Assembly (NCBI GenBank): GCA_965242725.1
Contig: CBDESZ010000026.1
Span: 32,001-96,000 of the forward strand
Length of the DNA: 64,000 nt
Direction: 5' to 3'
Source: Alkalispirochaeta sp.
Lineage (GTDB): Bacteria > Spirochaetota > Spirochaetia > DSM-27196 > Alkalispirochaetaceae
In this document: one piece after another, positions 1-11,241 of the stretch
Layout of the letters: each line of letters opens with the position of its first letter
Position numbering within the stretch: position 1 is the first letter of the stretch
Translations under genes and position numbers: made by a program
The notes under the pieces: generated by a model
The model's input: only the letters and a program-made list of their open reading frames with translations
Databases searched by the model: none
What the model was told of the DNA's origin: nothing

Positions 1-249
1 GAAAAGAGCTTGTACACCCGCGTATTGGCGATGAACAAGTCGGGCGAGAAAAAGATGATAAAGACCTATTCTCGGACCTCCACGATCATTCCTGAGATGG
101 TTGGTCTTACGATCTCCGTCTACAACGGAAAGGCGTGGGTGCCGGTATATATCACTGAAAACCTTGTGGGACACAAACTCGGCGAGTTTTCTCCCACGCG
201 GTTGTTTCGTGGACACGCCGGATCCGACAAGAAAGCCGGGAAGCGGTAA
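1..249 (+). CDS. rpsS: 30S ribosomal protein S19 (5' partial)
   Basis: [16 protein letters not shown] motif; upstream of L22; start lies before the window. Confidence 0.97.
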   Translation, partial: EKSLYTRVLAMNKSGEKKMIKTYSRTSTIIPEMVGLTISVYNGKAWVPVYITENLVGHKLGEFSPTRLFRGHAGSDKKAGKR

Positions 250-261
250 AAGGATTAGACG

Positions 262-612
262 ATGGGATACAAGGCAGAAGCCAAGTTTGTCCGGATTTCG
301 CCGTTTAAAGCGCGGCGCGTTGCCGATATCGTTCGGCGCCGTCCGTATGTAGAAGCGGTTGCGATTTTGTCCAACATGCCCCACAAGGGAGCACGGCTGG
401 TGAAGAAAGTCATTCAGTCGGCTGCGGCAAACGCGTTGAGCAATAACCGGAATCTGGATGAAGGGATGCTCGTTGTGAGCGAATTGTATGTCAATGAAGG
501 GCCGCGGATGAAACGTCTTTGGGTGCGCGGTCGTGGTCGGGCGGATTTGTTGCTGAAGCGGATGAGTCATATCACCGCGGTAGTGGATCGCCTGGAACAG
601 ACGGGAGAATAG
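262..612 (+). CDS. rplV: 50S ribosomal protein L22
   Basis: [25 protein letters not shown] motifs; operon position. Confidence 0.98.
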   Translation: MGYKAEAKFVRISPFKARRVADIVRRRPYVEAVAILSNMPHKGARLVKKVIQSAAANALSNNRNLDEGMLVVSELYVNEGPRMKRLWVRGRGRADLLLKRMSHITAVVDRLEQTGE

Positions 613-613
613 C

Positions 614-1315
614 GTGGGACAGAAAGTAAATCCGTACGGTCTGCGTCTGGGTATTAACAAAACCTGGCGGTCCAAGTGGTACGTCGATCCTCGGGAATAT
701 GCCGATACGCTGCACGAAGACCTTCATCTCAGAAAGGTGCTGCACGATTCGCCGGAAGCGCGGAGCGCCGACATTGCCGAGGTGGAAGTGATTCGCCATC
801 CTCAGCGCATTACGCTGGTGATTCATACCTCCCGACCGGGCGTCATCATCGGTACCAAGGGATCAAACATTGAGAAGATCGGTGCACGTCTCCAGAAGGC
901 GGCGGGCAAGAAGATCCAGATCAAGATCAAAGAGATTAAACGGCCCGAAACGCACGCTCAGGTTGTGGCGCTGAATATTGCGCGGCAATTGCGCTCCCGT
1001 GGTTCATTTCGGCGAACACTGAAAATGGCGGTAAACAACGCCATGAAAGCGGGAATCCAGGGCGTGAAAATACACATCGCCGGGCGTCTCGGCGGAGCTG
1101 AAATGTCACGGACGGAACAGCAGAAGGCGGGACGGGTACCCCTTCATACGCTGCGGGCAAACATCGATTACGGTTTTGCCGAGTCCCAGACGACCTTCGG
1201 CACTATCGGCGTGAAGGTATGGATGTTCCATGGGGAAGTCCTGAGCAAAGAAACAAAGCAGGATGCCGGTGCCGTTGTTCGTAAGAAACGACAGACAAGC
1301 GGGAGGACTGCCTGA
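614..1315 (+). CDS. rpsC: 30S ribosomal protein S3
   Basis: [28 protein letters not shown]. Confidence 0.98.
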   Translation: MGQKVNPYGLRLGINKTWRSKWYVDPREYADTLHEDLHLRKVLHDSPEARSADIAEVEVIRHPQRITLVIHTSRPGVIIGTKGSNIEKIGARLQKAAGKKIQIKIKEIKRPETHAQVVALNIARQLRSRGSFRRTLKMAVNNAMKAGIQGVKIHIAGRLGGAEMSRTEQQKAGRVPLHTLRANIDYGFAESQTTFGTIGVKVWMFHGEVLSKETKQDAGAVVRKKRQTSGRTA

Positions 1316-1740
1316 TGCTTAGTCCAAAGAGAGTTCGTTTTAGAAAACGACAACGACGGGTCAAGCGCGACCTGAAGGGTGATACCTTTCGGGGGAATAC
1401 GATCGCTTTCGGCGATTACGGTCTCGTTGCGCTTGAGGGTGAATGGATCACCAACCGTCAGATAGAAGCGGCTCGTATCGCCATGACGCGTAAAATCAAG
1501 CGTGGCGGAAAAGTGTGGATCCGGGTTTTTCCGGACGTCCCGTACACGAAGAAGCCGGCTGAAACGAGAATGGGTAAAGGTAAAGGAAGCCCCGAGTACT
1601 GGGTAGCCGCTGTAAAGCGCGGGCGGGTTCTTTTTGAACTGGCCGGTGTCGAGCACGAGCTTGCTGAAGCGGCTCTTACACTCGCGGCGAGCAAGCTTCC
1701 GATAAAAACGCGGTTTGTTGCGCGGAAAGGAGTTGAGTGA
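1315..1740 (+). CDS. rplP: 50S ribosomal protein L16
   Basis: [20 protein letters not shown]. Confidence 0.98.
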   Translation: MLSPKRVRFRKRQRRVKRDLKGDTFRGNTIAFGDYGLVALEGEWITNRQIEAARIAMTRKIKRGGKVWIRVFPDVPYTKKPAETRMGKGKGSPEYWVAAVKRGRVLFELAGVEHELAEAALTLAASKLPIKTRFVARKGVE

Positions 1741-1741
1741 A

Positions 1742-1954
1742 ATGAAAAACTCTTTTCGCGACCTTACTTTCGAAGAACTGATCGTAAAACGGGAAGAATT
1801 GAATCGGAAGTACATGGACGCACGGATCGATAAGGTCGTAGGTCATGTTGAAAATCCCCTTGCGGTTCGTACCTTGCGTCGACAGATTGCGCGTTTGAAT
1901 ACGTTGATTTACAACCACGCCGAGGTTGCGGCGGTTGAAGAGGAGAACGCGTAA
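1742..1954 (+). CDS. rpmC: 50S ribosomal protein L29
   Basis: [19 protein letters not shown] at 1742 after GGAG. Confidence 0.95.
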   Translation: MKNSFRDLTFEELIVKREELNRKYMDARIDKVVGHVENPLAVRTLRRQIARLNTLIYNHAEVAAVEEENA

Positions 1955-2223
1955 TGGCGGCAGAGACGATCAGAACCACCGGAAAAAAGGTGTTTCAGGG
2001 ACGGGTCGTGAGCGACAAGATGGAGAAGACGATCGTTGTACGCGTGGAAGGACGGAAGGTTCATCCCCTGTACAAGAAGTACGTTAACTTCTCCAAGAAG
2101 CTGAAGGCCCACGATGAAAACAATGAGGCCCATGTGGGTGACACGGTGCGTGTCGTGGAGTCCAGGCCGATCAGCAAAGACAAGTGCTGGCGCCTCGTGG
2201 AAATCGTTGAGCGGGCTCGCTGA
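1954..2223 (+). CDS. rpsQ: 30S ribosomal protein S17
   Basis: [26 protein letters not shown]. Confidence 0.98.
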   Translation: MAAETIRTTGKKVFQGRVVSDKMEKTIVVRVEGRKVHPLYKKYVNFSKKLKAHDENNEAHVGDTVRVVESRPISKDKCWRLVEIVERAR

Positions 2224-2234
2224 GGTATGGTGCA

Positions 2235-2603
2235 ATGATTCAAATGCAGACGTTTTTGAATGTAGCGGACAATAGCGGCGCAAAACGGGTGCAATGCATA
2301 AAGATCCTCGGAGGAAGCAAACGAAAATACGCTTCCGTCGGAGACGTTATCGTTGTAGCCGTAAAGGACGCGTTGCCGAATGCTCCGGTGAAAAAAGGGA
2401 CCGTTGAACAGGCGGTAATCGTTCGGACCAAAAAGGAGTTTCGTCGTGCCGACGGAACGTATATCCGCTTTGATGATAATGCGTGCGTTATTATCGATAA
2501 GACCCATAACCCCAAGGGAAAGCGGATCTTTGGCCCGGTGGCGAGAGAATTGCGAGATGCGGACTATATGAAGATCGTATCTCTCGCGCCTGAAGTGTTG
2601 TAG
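2235..2603 (+). CDS. rplN: 50S ribosomal protein L14
   Basis: [21 protein letters not shown]. Confidence 0.98.
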   Translation: MIQMQTFLNVADNSGAKRVQCIKILGGSKRKYASVGDVIVVAVKDALPNAPVKKGTVEQAVIVRTKKEFRRADGTYIRFDDNACVIIDKTHNPKGKRIFGPVARELRDADYMKIVSLAPEVL

Positions 2604-2617
2604 GAGCATCGTTGATT

Positions 2618-2926
2618 ATGAATACGAAGCTGAAGAAAAACGATCCGGTGGTAGTGATTGCCGGAAAAGACAAGGGAAAAACCGGGCGTATCCTGCGTAT
2701 CGATCGTGAGAAGGGACGTGTTCTCGTAGAGGGCGTCAACATGGTCAAGAAAGCGCAGCGTCAGCGCAGCCAGAATGAGAGCGGCGGTATCATCGAGAAG
2801 GAAGCGACAATCGCGATTTCTAACGTGATGTACGCCGGCAAGGACGGCAAGCCCGCACGCCTGGGCTTTCGCACCGAGGGCGGTGAGAAGGTCCGGTTTT
2901 CCAAGAAAACGGGGGATACGGTCTGA
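2618..2926 (+). CDS. rplX: 50S ribosomal protein L24
   Basis: [14 protein letters not shown] motif. Confidence 0.97.
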   Translation: MNTKLKKNDPVVVIAGKDKGKTGRILRIDREKGRVLVEGVNMVKKAQRQRSQNESGGIIEKEATIAISNVMYAGKDGKPARLGFRTEGGEKVRFSKKTGDTV

Positions 2927-3474
2927 TGGCAAGTGTACCCACAATGGAAAAGAAGTATCTGGAAACGGTAAAAGGCGAACTCATGAAAGAGTTCGGCTAC
3001 CGTTCCGTGATGGAAGTACCGCGAATCGAGAAGATCGTCCTGAGCATGGGCGTCGGTGACGCGATCGACAACAAGAAGGCGATTGAGAGCGCTCAGAACG
3101 AGCTTTCCCTCATTGCCGGACAGCGCGCCGTGAGAACAAAGGCACGCAAGTCGATTGCGAACTTCAAGGTTCGGGAAGGTATGGAAATCGGCGCGAAGGT
3201 TACGCTGCGTCGAGCGAAGATGTGGGAGTTTCTCGATCGCCTGGTCAATGTGGCACTGCCGCGGGTCAAGGACTTTCGGGGCATCAATCCAAACGGATTT
3301 GATGGACACGGAAACTATTCGCTGGGTGTAACGGAGCACATTATTTTTCCGGAGATCGATTACGACAAGATCGACAAGATCACCGGACTGAACATTGTAA
3401 TCGTGACGACTGCCAAAAACGATCAGGAAGCCCGGTCGCTTTTGAGCAAAATGAATCTGCCGTTCCGTAAATAG
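2926..3474 (+). CDS. rplE: 50S ribosomal protein L5
   Basis: [24 protein letters not shown]. Confidence 0.98.
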   Translation: MASVPTMEKKYLETVKGELMKEFGYRSVMEVPRIEKIVLSMGVGDAIDNKKAIESAQNELSLIAGQRAVRTKARKSIANFKVREGMEIGAKVTLRRAKMWEFLDRLVNVALPRVKDFRGINPNGFDGHGNYSLGVTEHIIFPEIDYDKIDKITGLNIVIVTTAKNDQEARSLLSKMNLPFRK

Positions 3475-3488
3475 GAAGAGGGGGCTCG

Positions 3489-3674
3489 ATGGCTAAGAAA
3501 TCGTTAATAATAAAGGCGCAACGGAAGCCGAAGTACTCGACGCGTCGGGTAAACCGGTGCCGTGTCTGTGGGCGTCCCCGCGGGTACATGCGCAAGTTTG
3601 AAATGTGCCGTGTGTGTTTCCGGAAATTGGCAAGCGAGGGGTTTATCCCCGGCGTGACAAAGTCGAGCTGGTAG
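3489..3674 (+). CDS. rpsN: 30S ribosomal protein S14, zinc-binding (type Z)
   Basis: [15 protein letters not shown], 61 aa. Confidence 0.97.
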   Translation: MAKKSLIIKAQRKPKYSTRRVNRCRVCGRPRGYMRKFEMCRVCFRKLASEGFIPGVTKSSW

Positions 3675-3683
3675 GAGAGAGAG

Positions 3684-4082
3684 ATGAGTGTATCTGATCC
3701 TGTAGCTGATATGCTTACCAAAATTCGGAACGGTAGTATGGCCAAGTTTGAGAAGGTTGACATCAATCCTTCAAAAATCAAGCTTGAGATCATCAAGATT
3801 CTGAAGAATGAAGGCTACATCAAGAACTTTAAGAAAATGAGTCAGGACGACCGGGAGTTCATCCGGGTTTTTCTGAAGTATGACGACAAGCAGATGCCGG
3901 TTATTCACGGGATTCAAAAGATCTCTTCACCGGGACGCCGTGTATACACGGGGTATCGCAAGATGCCGCGGGTGCTCAACGGGTATGGTACGTTAATCGT
4001 ATCGACCTCGGCGGGCGTGACCACCGGGCGTAAAGCTGCGGAGAAGCGGGTTGGCGGTGAGCTGATCTGCTCGATCTGGTGA
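3684..4082 (+). CDS. rpsH: 30S ribosomal protein S8
   Basis: [26 protein letters not shown]. Confidence 0.98.
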   Translation: MSVSDPVADMLTKIRNGSMAKFEKVDINPSKIKLEIIKILKNEGYIKNFKKMSQDDREFIRVFLKYDDKQMPVIHGIQKISSPGRRVYTGYRKMPRVLNGYGTLIVSTSAGVTTGRKAAEKRVGGELICSIW

Positions 4083-4094
4083 GGAGGAAGTAGC

Positions 4095-4634
4095 ATGTCT
4101 CGTGTTGGACGAATGCCGGTTCCGATTCCCCAAGGGGTGAGCGTTGCGGTGAAAGACGGATTGATCACCGTAAAGGGACCCAAAGGCGAACTCCAGAAGT
4201 CTCATCGCGGAGAGGTTGCAGTGACCGTTGGCGACCAGGAAGTGGTGGTAGAGCGGACCGCGGAAAGCCGGAAGGCCCGGGGATTTCACGGACTGTATCG
4301 GCAGATTATTCGCAATATGGTTGTCGGAGTTTCCGAGGGGTATTCCCGTACCCTGCTTATAACGGGTGTCGGTTTTCGCGCTGAGGTGAGCGGAAGCTCC
4401 ATCATGCTCAACCTGGGATACAGCAATCCCATTGAGTTCCGTCTTCCCGACGGAATCACCGCGGAAACGGACGGTCCCAACAAATTAACGGTACGGGGTA
4501 TCGATAAGGAGTTGGTAGGAAAGGTCGCCTCGGAGATTCGCAAGATCAGACCGCCTGAACCGTACAAGGGCAAGGGCGTGAAGTACGAGGACGAGTATGT
4601 ACGACGGAAGGTCGGAAAGTCCGGTATTAAGTAG
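4095..4634 (+). CDS. rplF: 50S ribosomal protein L6
   Basis: MSRVGRMP, RPPEPYKGKG. Confidence 0.98.
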   Translation: MSRVGRMPVPIPQGVSVAVKDGLITVKGPKGELQKSHRGEVAVTVGDQEVVVERTAESRKARGFHGLYRQIIRNMVVGVSEGYSRTLLITGVGFRAEVSGSSIMLNLGYSNPIEFRLPDGITAETDGPNKLTVRGIDKELVGKVASEIRKIRPPEPYKGKGVKYEDEYVRRKVGKSGIK

Positions 4635-4649
4635 GACGGGTAGAACGAT

Positions 4650-5009
4650 ATGAAACGAATCATTGAAAAGAATCGTCGCCGGACTAAGCGGAAAATGCGG
4701 GTACGCGGACGGGTGACCGGTACGGCACAACGACCGCGTCTGACCGTGTTCCGTTCTAACAAGAATATCTACATTCAGGCGATCGACGACGAAAACAATC
4801 AGACGATCGCGTCGGCGTCCACGGTGAGCGGAGAGATGAAAAGCCTCAAGGCAAACGTGGAAGACGGCCAGAAAATCGGCGAGGCCATCGGGAAGGAACT
4901 CGTTGGCCGGAAGATCAAAGAAGCGGTGTTTGACCGCAACGGATACCTTTACCATGGTGTAGTGAAATCCGTCGCTGAAGGTGCCCGCAAAGCCGGCGTA
5001 AAGTTCTAG
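4650..5009 (+). CDS. rplR: 50S ribosomal protein L18
   Basis: [21 protein letters not shown]. Confidence 0.98.
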   Translation: MKRIIEKNRRRTKRKMRVRGRVTGTAQRPRLTVFRSNKNIYIQAIDDENNQTIASASTVSGEMKSLKANVEDGQKIGEAIGKELVGRKIKEAVFDRNGYLYHGVVKSVAEGARKAGVKF

Positions 5010-5019
5010 GGGGTATTGC

Positions 5020-5514
5020 GTGGATCGTGGTATGGATAAAGAGTTTGCAGAAAAACTGATCAAGCTGAACCGGGTTGCGAAAGTAGTAAAAGGCGGACGG
5101 CGCTTCTCCTTTTCCGCCCTTGTTGTGGTAGGTGACAAGAATGGTCGTGTCGGCTATGGCTACGGAAAAGCGAACGACGTTTCTGAAGCCATCAGGAAGG
5201 GTGTGGATCGTGCCAAACGAAGCATGATCGAAGTTCCCCGGCAGAAGCATACTATTCCGCATACGGTACAGGGTCGGTTCAAGAGCGCAAACGTCCTGTT
5301 GAAACCTGCGGCACCCGGTACCGGAATTATCGCCGGTGGACCGGTGCGTGCGGTATTGGAAGTCGGCGGCATCAACGACGTATTGAGCAAGTCGATGGGA
5401 AGCCAGAACGCCGTCAATATTGTAAAGGCCGTCTTTGAGGGACTCGGTGGGCTGATGCAGGCGCGACAGGTTGCGCACAGCCGTGGAAAGTCTCTCAAGG
5501 ATATGTGGGGGTAA
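5020..5514 (+). CDS. rpsE: 30S ribosomal protein S5
   Basis: [23 protein letters not shown]. Confidence 0.98.
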   Translation: MDRGMDKEFAEKLIKLNRVAKVVKGGRRFSFSALVVVGDKNGRVGYGYGKANDVSEAIRKGVDRAKRSMIEVPRQKHTIPHTVQGRFKSANVLLKPAAPGTGIIAGGPVRAVLEVGGINDVLSKSMGSQNAVNIVKAVFEGLGGLMQARQVAHSRGKSLKDMWG

Positions 5515-5518
5515 GGTC

Positions 5519-5698
5519 GTGAAGGTACGTATCACACTTGTGAAAAGTCCCCTTGGACGAAAACCGAATCAACGCAGAACGGTAGAAGCTCTCGGGTTGA
5601 AGCGGATTCGTCACAGCGTCGTTCACGAAATGAATGACGCGATCCAAGGAATGATTAATACCGTTTCCCATTTGGTACATGTCGAGGAAGAGAAATGA
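5519..5698 (+). CDS. rpmD: 50S ribosomal protein L30
   Basis: [28 protein letters not shown] start inferred. Confidence 0.94.
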   Translation: MKVRITLVKSPLGRKPNQRRTVEALGLKRIRHSVVHEMNDAIQGMINTVSHLVHVEEEK

Positions 5699-6156
5699 GT
5701 ACAATCCATTTACCGGAAGGTGCGACGAAACAGCGGAAACGACTCGGCCGGGGAATCGGATCGGGTAACGGAAAGACGTCGGGCAAGGGCCACAAAGGTC
5801 AGAATGCCCGATCCGGAGGCGGTGTACGTCCCGGGTTTGAGGGTGGTCAAATGCCCCTGTACCGTCGTATCGCCCGTCGCGGTTTTTCAAACTATCATTT
5901 CAAGAAGACGTATTTCCCGTTGAATCTTGACCAGCTCGCACTCTCTTTTAAGTCTGACGAGACGGTGGATCTCGATTCACTGAGGAAGAAGAAGGTGATC
6001 GGGAAAAACGTCAATGATGTGAAAGTTCTCGGTCGCGGGGAAATTGACAAAGCCCTCACCATTCGGGGACTTGTCGTCTCAGCGGGAGCGCGAGGCAAGA
6101 TCGAAGCGGCCGGCGGCAAGATTGTCGATGTCGCTTCTGAAGGAGCTGAAGGGTAA
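5695..6156 (+). CDS. rplO: 50S ribosomal protein L15
   Basis: [27 protein letters not shown]. Confidence 0.98.
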   Translation: MSTIHLPEGATKQRKRLGRGIGSGNGKTSGKGHKGQNARSGGGVRPGFEGGQMPLYRRIARRGFSNYHFKKTYFPLNLDQLALSFKSDETVDLDSLRKKKVIGKNVNDVKVLGRGEIDKALTIRGLVVSAGARGKIEAAGGKIVDVASEGAEG

Positions 6157-6161
6157 GCCAT

Positions 6162-7487
6162 ATGGCCTCGAATCCGATTGCGGACATTTTTAAGATCAAG
6201 GATCTCAGGGAACGGGTGCTTTTCACCTTAGGAATGCTTGCCATTTTTCGCCTTGGTGCGACGATACCGATCCCCGGGATCAACTTGAACGCGCTGCAGA
6301 CGTACTTCCTGACCCAGCAAGCGGGAGCGGGGATCTCGGTTACCGATTATCTCGACTTCTTTGCGGGAGGAGCATTTTCGCGGTTCAGCGTCTTTATGCT
6401 CGGCATCATGCCCTACATATCGATGTCGATCATTATGCAACTCCTGCTCCTGGTCTTCCCGAGTCTCAAGAAGATCTCCGAGGAAGAGGGCGGGCGCAAG
6501 AAGATACAACGATATACGCGGTACGGTACCGTCGTGGTAGCGCTTATTCAGTCATTTGCCGTGACCGTCTATGCGGACAGCATTCCCGATGCGATAACAA
6601 TTTCACGGGGATTGTATACGGTGGTTTCCATGCTGTCGGTAACGACGGGTACGGTATTTCTCATGTGGCTCGGTGAACAGATCAACCAGCGTGGTATCGG
6701 AAACGGAATATCATTGCTGATATTCAGCGGTATCGTCGCGCGGATGCCCAACGCCATCTGGATTCTCCTGCAGCGTGTCCGCACCGGTGATTTGAACCCC
6801 GTCTTCGTGATTGTCGTATTTGTCATGTTTGTCGGTGTTGTGGCGCTGGTCATATATGAGCAGCGGGGACAGCGAAAAATCCCGATTCACTACGCCAAAC
6901 GCGTCGTCGGACGCAGAATGTATGGAGCGCAGAACACCTACGTTCCCTTCAAGATCAATCCGTCCGGCGTCATTCCGGTCATATTCGCGTCAAGTGTCCT
7001 GACCTTCCCGCTGCAGATTGCACAGGGACTCGGCCCGGGCGTGAGATGGCTGCAACGGCTGGCATTCTGGATGCGACCCGATGGAACGGCGTATATCATC
7101 GTCTATACGGTGCTCATCATCTTCTTCGCCTACTTTTATACGCAGGTGACGTTGAACCCCATTGAGATATCAAAGAACATCCGTGAAAACGGCGGTTCGA
7201 TACCGGGGATCCGCAGCGAGAAGATGGAAGAATACTTCACCCGGGTGCTGAATCGGATTATTCTGCCGGGTGCAATATTCCTTGCATTCATCGCGGTTAT
7301 ACCGACGCTGATTCAGCGAATGTTCAATTTTCCGCAGCAGGTTGCATTTCTGCTCGGTGGAACGTCGCTGCTGATTATGGTCGGAGTTGATTTGGATCTT
7401 ATGTCCCAGATCGAGGGACATTTGAGAATGCACCATCACGACGGACTCACCAGGAAGGGTCGGATCAAGTCGCGACGGAGCTTGTAA
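6162..7487 (+). CDS. secY: preprotein translocase subunit SecY
   Basis: multiple TM helices, GIGNGISL, GVIPVIFASS, GGTSLLI. Confidence 0.98.
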   Translation: MASNPIADIFKIKDLRERVLFTLGMLAIFRLGATIPIPGINLNALQTYFLTQQAGAGISVTDYLDFFAGGAFSRFSVFMLGIMPYISMSIIMQLLLLVFPSLKKISEEEGGRKKIQRYTRYGTVVVALIQSFAVTVYADSIPDAITISRGLYTVVSMLSVTTGTVFLMWLGEQINQRGIGNGISLLIFSGIVARMPNAIWILLQRVRTGDLNPVFVIVVFVMFVGVVALVIYEQRGQRKIPIHYAKRVVGRRMYGAQNTYVPFKINPSGVIPVIFASSVLTFPLQIAQGLGPGVRWLQRLAFWMRPDGTAYIIVYTVLIIFFAYFYTQVTLNPIEISKNIRENGGSIPGIRSEKMEEYFTRVLNRIILPGAIFLAFIAVIPTLIQRMFNFPQQVAFLLGGTSLLIMVGVDLDLMSQIEGHLRMHHHDGLTRKGRIKSRRSL

Positions 7488-7505
7488 CTGGAGTAAGGTG
7501 GTAAT

Positions 7506-7622
7506 ATGAAGGTTCGTGCAAGTGTAAAACCGATTTGTGCCAATTGTAAGATAATCCGGAGACGCGGAGTCGTTCGGGTTATTTGTACCAATCCTAAGCA
7601 CAAACAACGCCAGAAGGGGTAA
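7506..7622 (+). CDS. rpmJ: 50S ribosomal protein L36 (below ORF-track size cutoff)
   Basis: hand translation [38 protein letters not shown]. Confidence 0.97.
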   Translation: MKVRASVKPICANCKIIRRRGVVRVICTNPKHKQRQKG

Positions 7623-7625
7623 TTG

Positions 7626-7991
7626 ATGGCTCGTATTGCAGGAATAGATCTTCCGAATAAGCATGTCGATGTTGCGCTCACATACATTTACGGGATCGGC
7701 CGGTCATCGGCGATCGCAATCTGTAAGGCCGCAAACGTGGACACGGAGCGTCGGGTAAATGATCTCAACGCAGAAGAAATAAATGCCGTACGGCAGATAA
7801 TCGAAAATGATTACACCGTTGAGGGACGTCTTCGGACTCAGGTCTCGCTGAACATCAAACGGTTGATGGATATCGGTTCCTATCGAGGCCTCCGTCATAG
7901 AAAGGGCCTGCCCGTTCGCGGACAGCAGACCCGGACGAATGCCCGTACCCGGAAGGGAAAACGGAAGACGGTCGCAGGAAAGAAGAAATAG
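7626..7991 (+). CDS. rpsM: 30S ribosomal protein S13
   Basis: [25 protein letters not shown]. Confidence 0.98.
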   Translation: MARIAGIDLPNKHVDVALTYIYGIGRSSAIAICKAANVDTERRVNDLNAEEINAVRQIIENDYTVEGRLRTQVSLNIKRLMDIGSYRGLRHRKGLPVRGQQTRTNARTRKGKRKTVAGKKK

Positions 7992-8005
7992 GGAGGGCCT
8001 GAACT

Positions 8006-8389
8006 TTGGCCAAAGTGACGAAGAAAAAGAAAGAAAAGAAGTCAATTTACGAGGGGCGAGTTGTCATTCAGGCGACGTTCAACAACACCATCGTGACGAT
8101 CAGCGACATGAACGGCAACGTCGTGTCCTGGAGCAGCGCGGGTTCTCTCGGTTTTCGTGGGGCGAAGAAATCGACACCCTATGCGGCGCAGTCAACGGCG
8201 GAGACCGCCGGACAGAAGGCTCTTTCTTCAGGACTCCAGGAAGTTCACGTCTTCGTGAAAGGTCCCGGTGTCGGACGGGAGTCCGCCATTCGCGCCCTCG
8301 GGCAGCTTGGACTGAAGGTACGGTCGATAGAAGATATTACCCCGATCCCCCACAACGGGTGTCGTCCGCGCAAGAGTCGGCGCGTATAA
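8006..8389 (+). CDS. rpsK: 30S ribosomal protein S11
   Basis: [24 protein letters not shown]. Confidence 0.98.
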   Translation: MAKVTKKKKEKKSIYEGRVVIQATFNNTIVTISDMNGNVVSWSSAGSLGFRGAKKSTPYAAQSTAETAGQKALSSGLQEVHVFVKGPGVGRESAIRALGQLGLKVRSIEDITPIPHNGCRPRKSRRV

Positions 8390-8413
8390 TCCGGTCCGGG
8401 AAAGGAGACAGGT

Positions 8414-9466
8414 ATGGCTCGAAAAGCATTACTCAAAGGGTTTAAACGCCCAAAAGGGATCACCTTTGAACCGAGCGAATCTGGTCCGGACCACGGGACG
8501 TTTGTTGCATATCCCTTTGAACGTGGATACGGCACTACGATAGGGAACTCTCTCCGTCGGGTGCTGCTCAGTTCCATTCCAGGATGCGCAGTGACGGCGG
8601 TCCGGATCACCGTCTACGATAAAGACGGAAACCAGCGCTTTCTATCCAACGAATATGAATCCATTCCGGGGATCGTTGAAGACACGCCGGATATTCTCAA
8701 TCGCATCAAGCGACTGCAGATCCGGTTGCCCGATGAAACGGATCAGAAAGTTCTCTTTATAGAGCTGAAGGGTGCGCAGACGGTTACGGGAAAGGCATTC
8801 GCCGTTGACGGTATCGAGATCACGAATCCCGATATTCCGGTGATGACCCTCATGGAAGACGGATGGCTCGATATTGAACTGCAGATCGATCTGAACCGCG
8901 GCTACGTCGCGGCGGAGCAGAACGAGCAGTACATCGACGAGGTGGGTACCATTCCGTTGGACGCGGTCTATTCGCCCATTCGCCGGGTCAAGTATTCCAT
9001 CGAAAATACCCGGGTCGGTCAACGGAACGACTACGACAAGCTGATCCTGGACGTATGGACCGACGGGACGATCTCGCCCGTAGACGCCGTCGGAGAAGCG
9101 GCAAAGATCGCCAAGGACCACTTCGACGTCTTCATCAATTTCAACGAGGACGAAGTCGGATCGGATGACGAGGAAGATGAGGACATGAAGCTTGTCCGGG
9201 AGATCCTGTCGACACCGGTTGACGAACTGGAGCTCTCGGTGCGGGCGAGCAACTGTCTGAAAAATGCCAACATCAACAATCTCGGCGATTTGACACAGAA
9301 GACGGAAGACGAAATCGCCAAGACGCGTAACTTCGGAAAAAAATCTCTCCAGGAGATAAAGGAGAAGTTACAGGAGTGGGAACTGAGCCTCGGCATGACG
9401 GACTATACCGTCCTGAAGGACAACCCCGTGTTCCTGAAGAAAAAGGAAGAGAAGAATGAAGCATAA
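8414..9466 (+). CDS. rpoA: RNA polymerase alpha subunit
   Basis: [33 protein letters not shown]. Confidence 0.98.
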   Translation: MARKALLKGFKRPKGITFEPSESGPDHGTFVAYPFERGYGTTIGNSLRRVLLSSIPGCAVTAVRITVYDKDGNQRFLSNEYESIPGIVEDTPDILNRIKRLQIRLPDETDQKVLFIELKGAQTVTGKAFAVDGIEITNPDIPVMTLMEDGWLDIELQIDLNRGYVAAEQNEQYIDEVGTIPLDAVYSPIRRVKYSIENTRVGQRNDYDKLILDVWTDGTISPVDAVGEAAKIAKDHFDVFINFNEDEVGSDDEEDEDMKLVREILSTPVDELELSVRASNCLKNANINNLGDLTQKTEDEIAKTRNFGKKSLQEIKEKLQEWELSLGMTDYTVLKDNPVFLKKKEEKNEA

Positions 9467-10076
9467 GATCGGTTTTAATCGCCTTGGAAGGCGCGCGGGA
9501 CATCGTAAGGCGATGACGCGAAATATGTTGACCTCTTTGTTCCGGCACGGCCGTATTCGGACGACCAAGGCAAAGGCTCTTGCGGTCCGTAGAACGGCTG
9601 AAAAGATGATCACCCGGGCAAAGGTGGATAGTGTCCACAATCGACGCATGATCGGTCGGGAGATCAAGGACCAGGAAACACTGGCAAAGATGTTTACCGA
9701 AATCGGTCCCCGTTTCAAGGAACGGCCGGGCGGTTACACACGGGTGCTGAAACTTGGACCTCGTCCGAGCGACGCCGCGGAAATGGTCATCCTCGAAATA
9801 CTGAGCGAGGATGAGGGTAAACCGGAAAAGAGCTCAAAGAAGAAGGCCGGGACCAAAAAATCCGCGACTGCCGGAACGGATTCCAAGAAGACGGCGTCAA
9901 AGAAAGCCTCTTCCAAGAAGGAAGATGGTTCCGAAAAGGCGGAAGAAAAGAGCTCCCCGAAGAAGAGCGCCGTCAGGAGCGAGGATAGCGAACCCTCTGA
10001 AGAAACGGCTGCCGCGGAAGCCTCAGCGGAAGACGACCAGGCTGAAGAAGCCGCGTCAGACAAGGACGAGAAGTAA
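9456..10076 (+). CDS. rplQ: 50S ribosomal protein L17 with long low-complexity C-terminal tail
   Basis: [25 protein letters not shown]-rich tail. Confidence 0.96.
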   Translation: MKHKIGFNRLGRRAGHRKAMTRNMLTSLFRHGRIRTTKAKALAVRRTAEKMITRAKVDSVHNRRMIGREIKDQETLAKMFTEIGPRFKERPGGYTRVLKLGPRPSDAAEMVILEILSEDEGKPEKSSKKKAGTKKSATAGTDSKKTASKKASSKKEDGSEKAEEKSSPKKSAVRSEDSEPSEETAAAEASAEDDQAEEAASDKDEK

Positions 10077-10115
10077 CACACAATCGATGTCGTGCCTCCA
10101 GGCACATGGAGATAG

Positions 10116-10144
10116 AACACCGGCTTCAAGCCGGTGTTTTTTTT
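10116..10144 (+). terminator. intrinsic terminator of the ribosomal cluster
   Basis: AACACCGGCT-TCA-AGCCGGTGTT running into a T-run. Confidence 0.9.
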
Positions 10145-10327
10145 GGGACAGGAAGTTGTATACACATTCGTGTTGCACATCGAGACCAAAGTTTCTGCGG
10201 GGTCATGACTTACGGGCGCCGGAAGCCGGCTTGCCCCGTATTTCCGGTTGGTACCAGGAGATAGCTCCTGTTTTGCAACAACATTATGTATACCTAACGT
10301 TGAAAGAACGCCTGCGGATCGGAACGC

Positions 10328-11167
10328 TCAGGGAAGGGAACCCTCGAGGCGGCTCATGCTGCTCGGGCCGGTCCAACGTGCCGTTACTTCGCCGCTCGGA
10401 AGCAGTACGATTGTCGTCGGCGTCCCCCGGATCTGAAATTGTGACGAGAGAGCGCCGCTGCGGTCGAGGACGACGGGATACCGGATATCGTGGCTCACAA
10501 CATACTGACGCACATCTTCTTCAGACGTTTCGGTTCTGGTCATGTTAATCGCGACGAAATGGATTGAATCTTTATGCTCGGCGTAGAAACGCTTTTTTGC
10601 GGGTAGCTCCGCCCTGCAGGGTCCGCACCACGTCGCCCAGAAGGTCAGCACCGTGGGGTTTGACGGGGAGAGCAGGGGAGTATCTCCCAGCTCTGCCGAT
10701 GCGGAAAAGGCGGAGACGGACGGCCCACCCGCGAAAGGTGCGGTGACATAGTCGCTCTGTTCGGCCGCCACGTCGATGACGGCAAGGGAGAAGAGGAACG
10801 CCGTTCCGGCGGAGAAAACGGCGATAAGGGAGGGGAGAAGCAGCCGCCTGTCCCGTACGATTTTGTACGCCCCGTATGTGAGGGCGACGGCCATACCCGC
10901 GAGAAACCCGCCACGTCCACCGGGCATGCGCAAAAGAATCACCGGCGCTCTGATGATCTCTTCCCACCATCGGATGAGAGGCCACAACTTCCACACGAGG
11001 AAGGCGAGGAGCCCCGCGGTCCCGATCGTATCGACCACGGCCTGAGTTCCCACTTCCATGCGTTGACGCAACAGAAAAAGGACGACGTACCCAACGAGAA
11101 TCGCCGCAAATGCCGCCACGACGACGGCGGGAACGAGAAAAGGGCCTAAGGAAAAGGACGTACCCAT
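10328..11167 (-). CDS. TlpA/ResA-family thiol-disulfide oxidoreductase with N-terminal membrane domain
   Basis: FWATWCGPC and GTPTT motifs; about 4 TM segments at the N-terminus. Confidence 0.85.
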   Translation of the reverse strand: MGTSFSLGPFLVPAVVVAAFAAILVGYVVLFLLRQRMEVGTQAVVDTIGTAGLLAFLVWKLWPLIRWWEEIIRAPVILLRMPGGRGGFLAGMAVALTYGAYKIVRDRRLLLPSLIAVFSAGTAFLFSLAVIDVAAEQSDYVTAPFAGGPSVSAFSASAELGDTPLLSPSNPTVLTFWATWCGPCRAELPAKKRFYAEHKDSIHFVAINMTRTETSEEDVRQYVVSHDIRYPVVLDRSGALSSQFQIRGTPTTIVLLPSGEVTARWTGPSSMSRLEGSLP

Positions 11168-11241
11168 CGCCGAAACATATGAAAAATACTACATAAGGTC
11201 AAACAGTTGCGTATCTCAACGGGCGTTGAGATAATCTCTCC

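Noticed and set aside
7487..8414. Missing adk, map, infA and rpsD in the spc/alpha region
   Set aside because: Usual arrangement in Treponema/Borrelia-like spirochaetes; useful only as a taxonomic hint.
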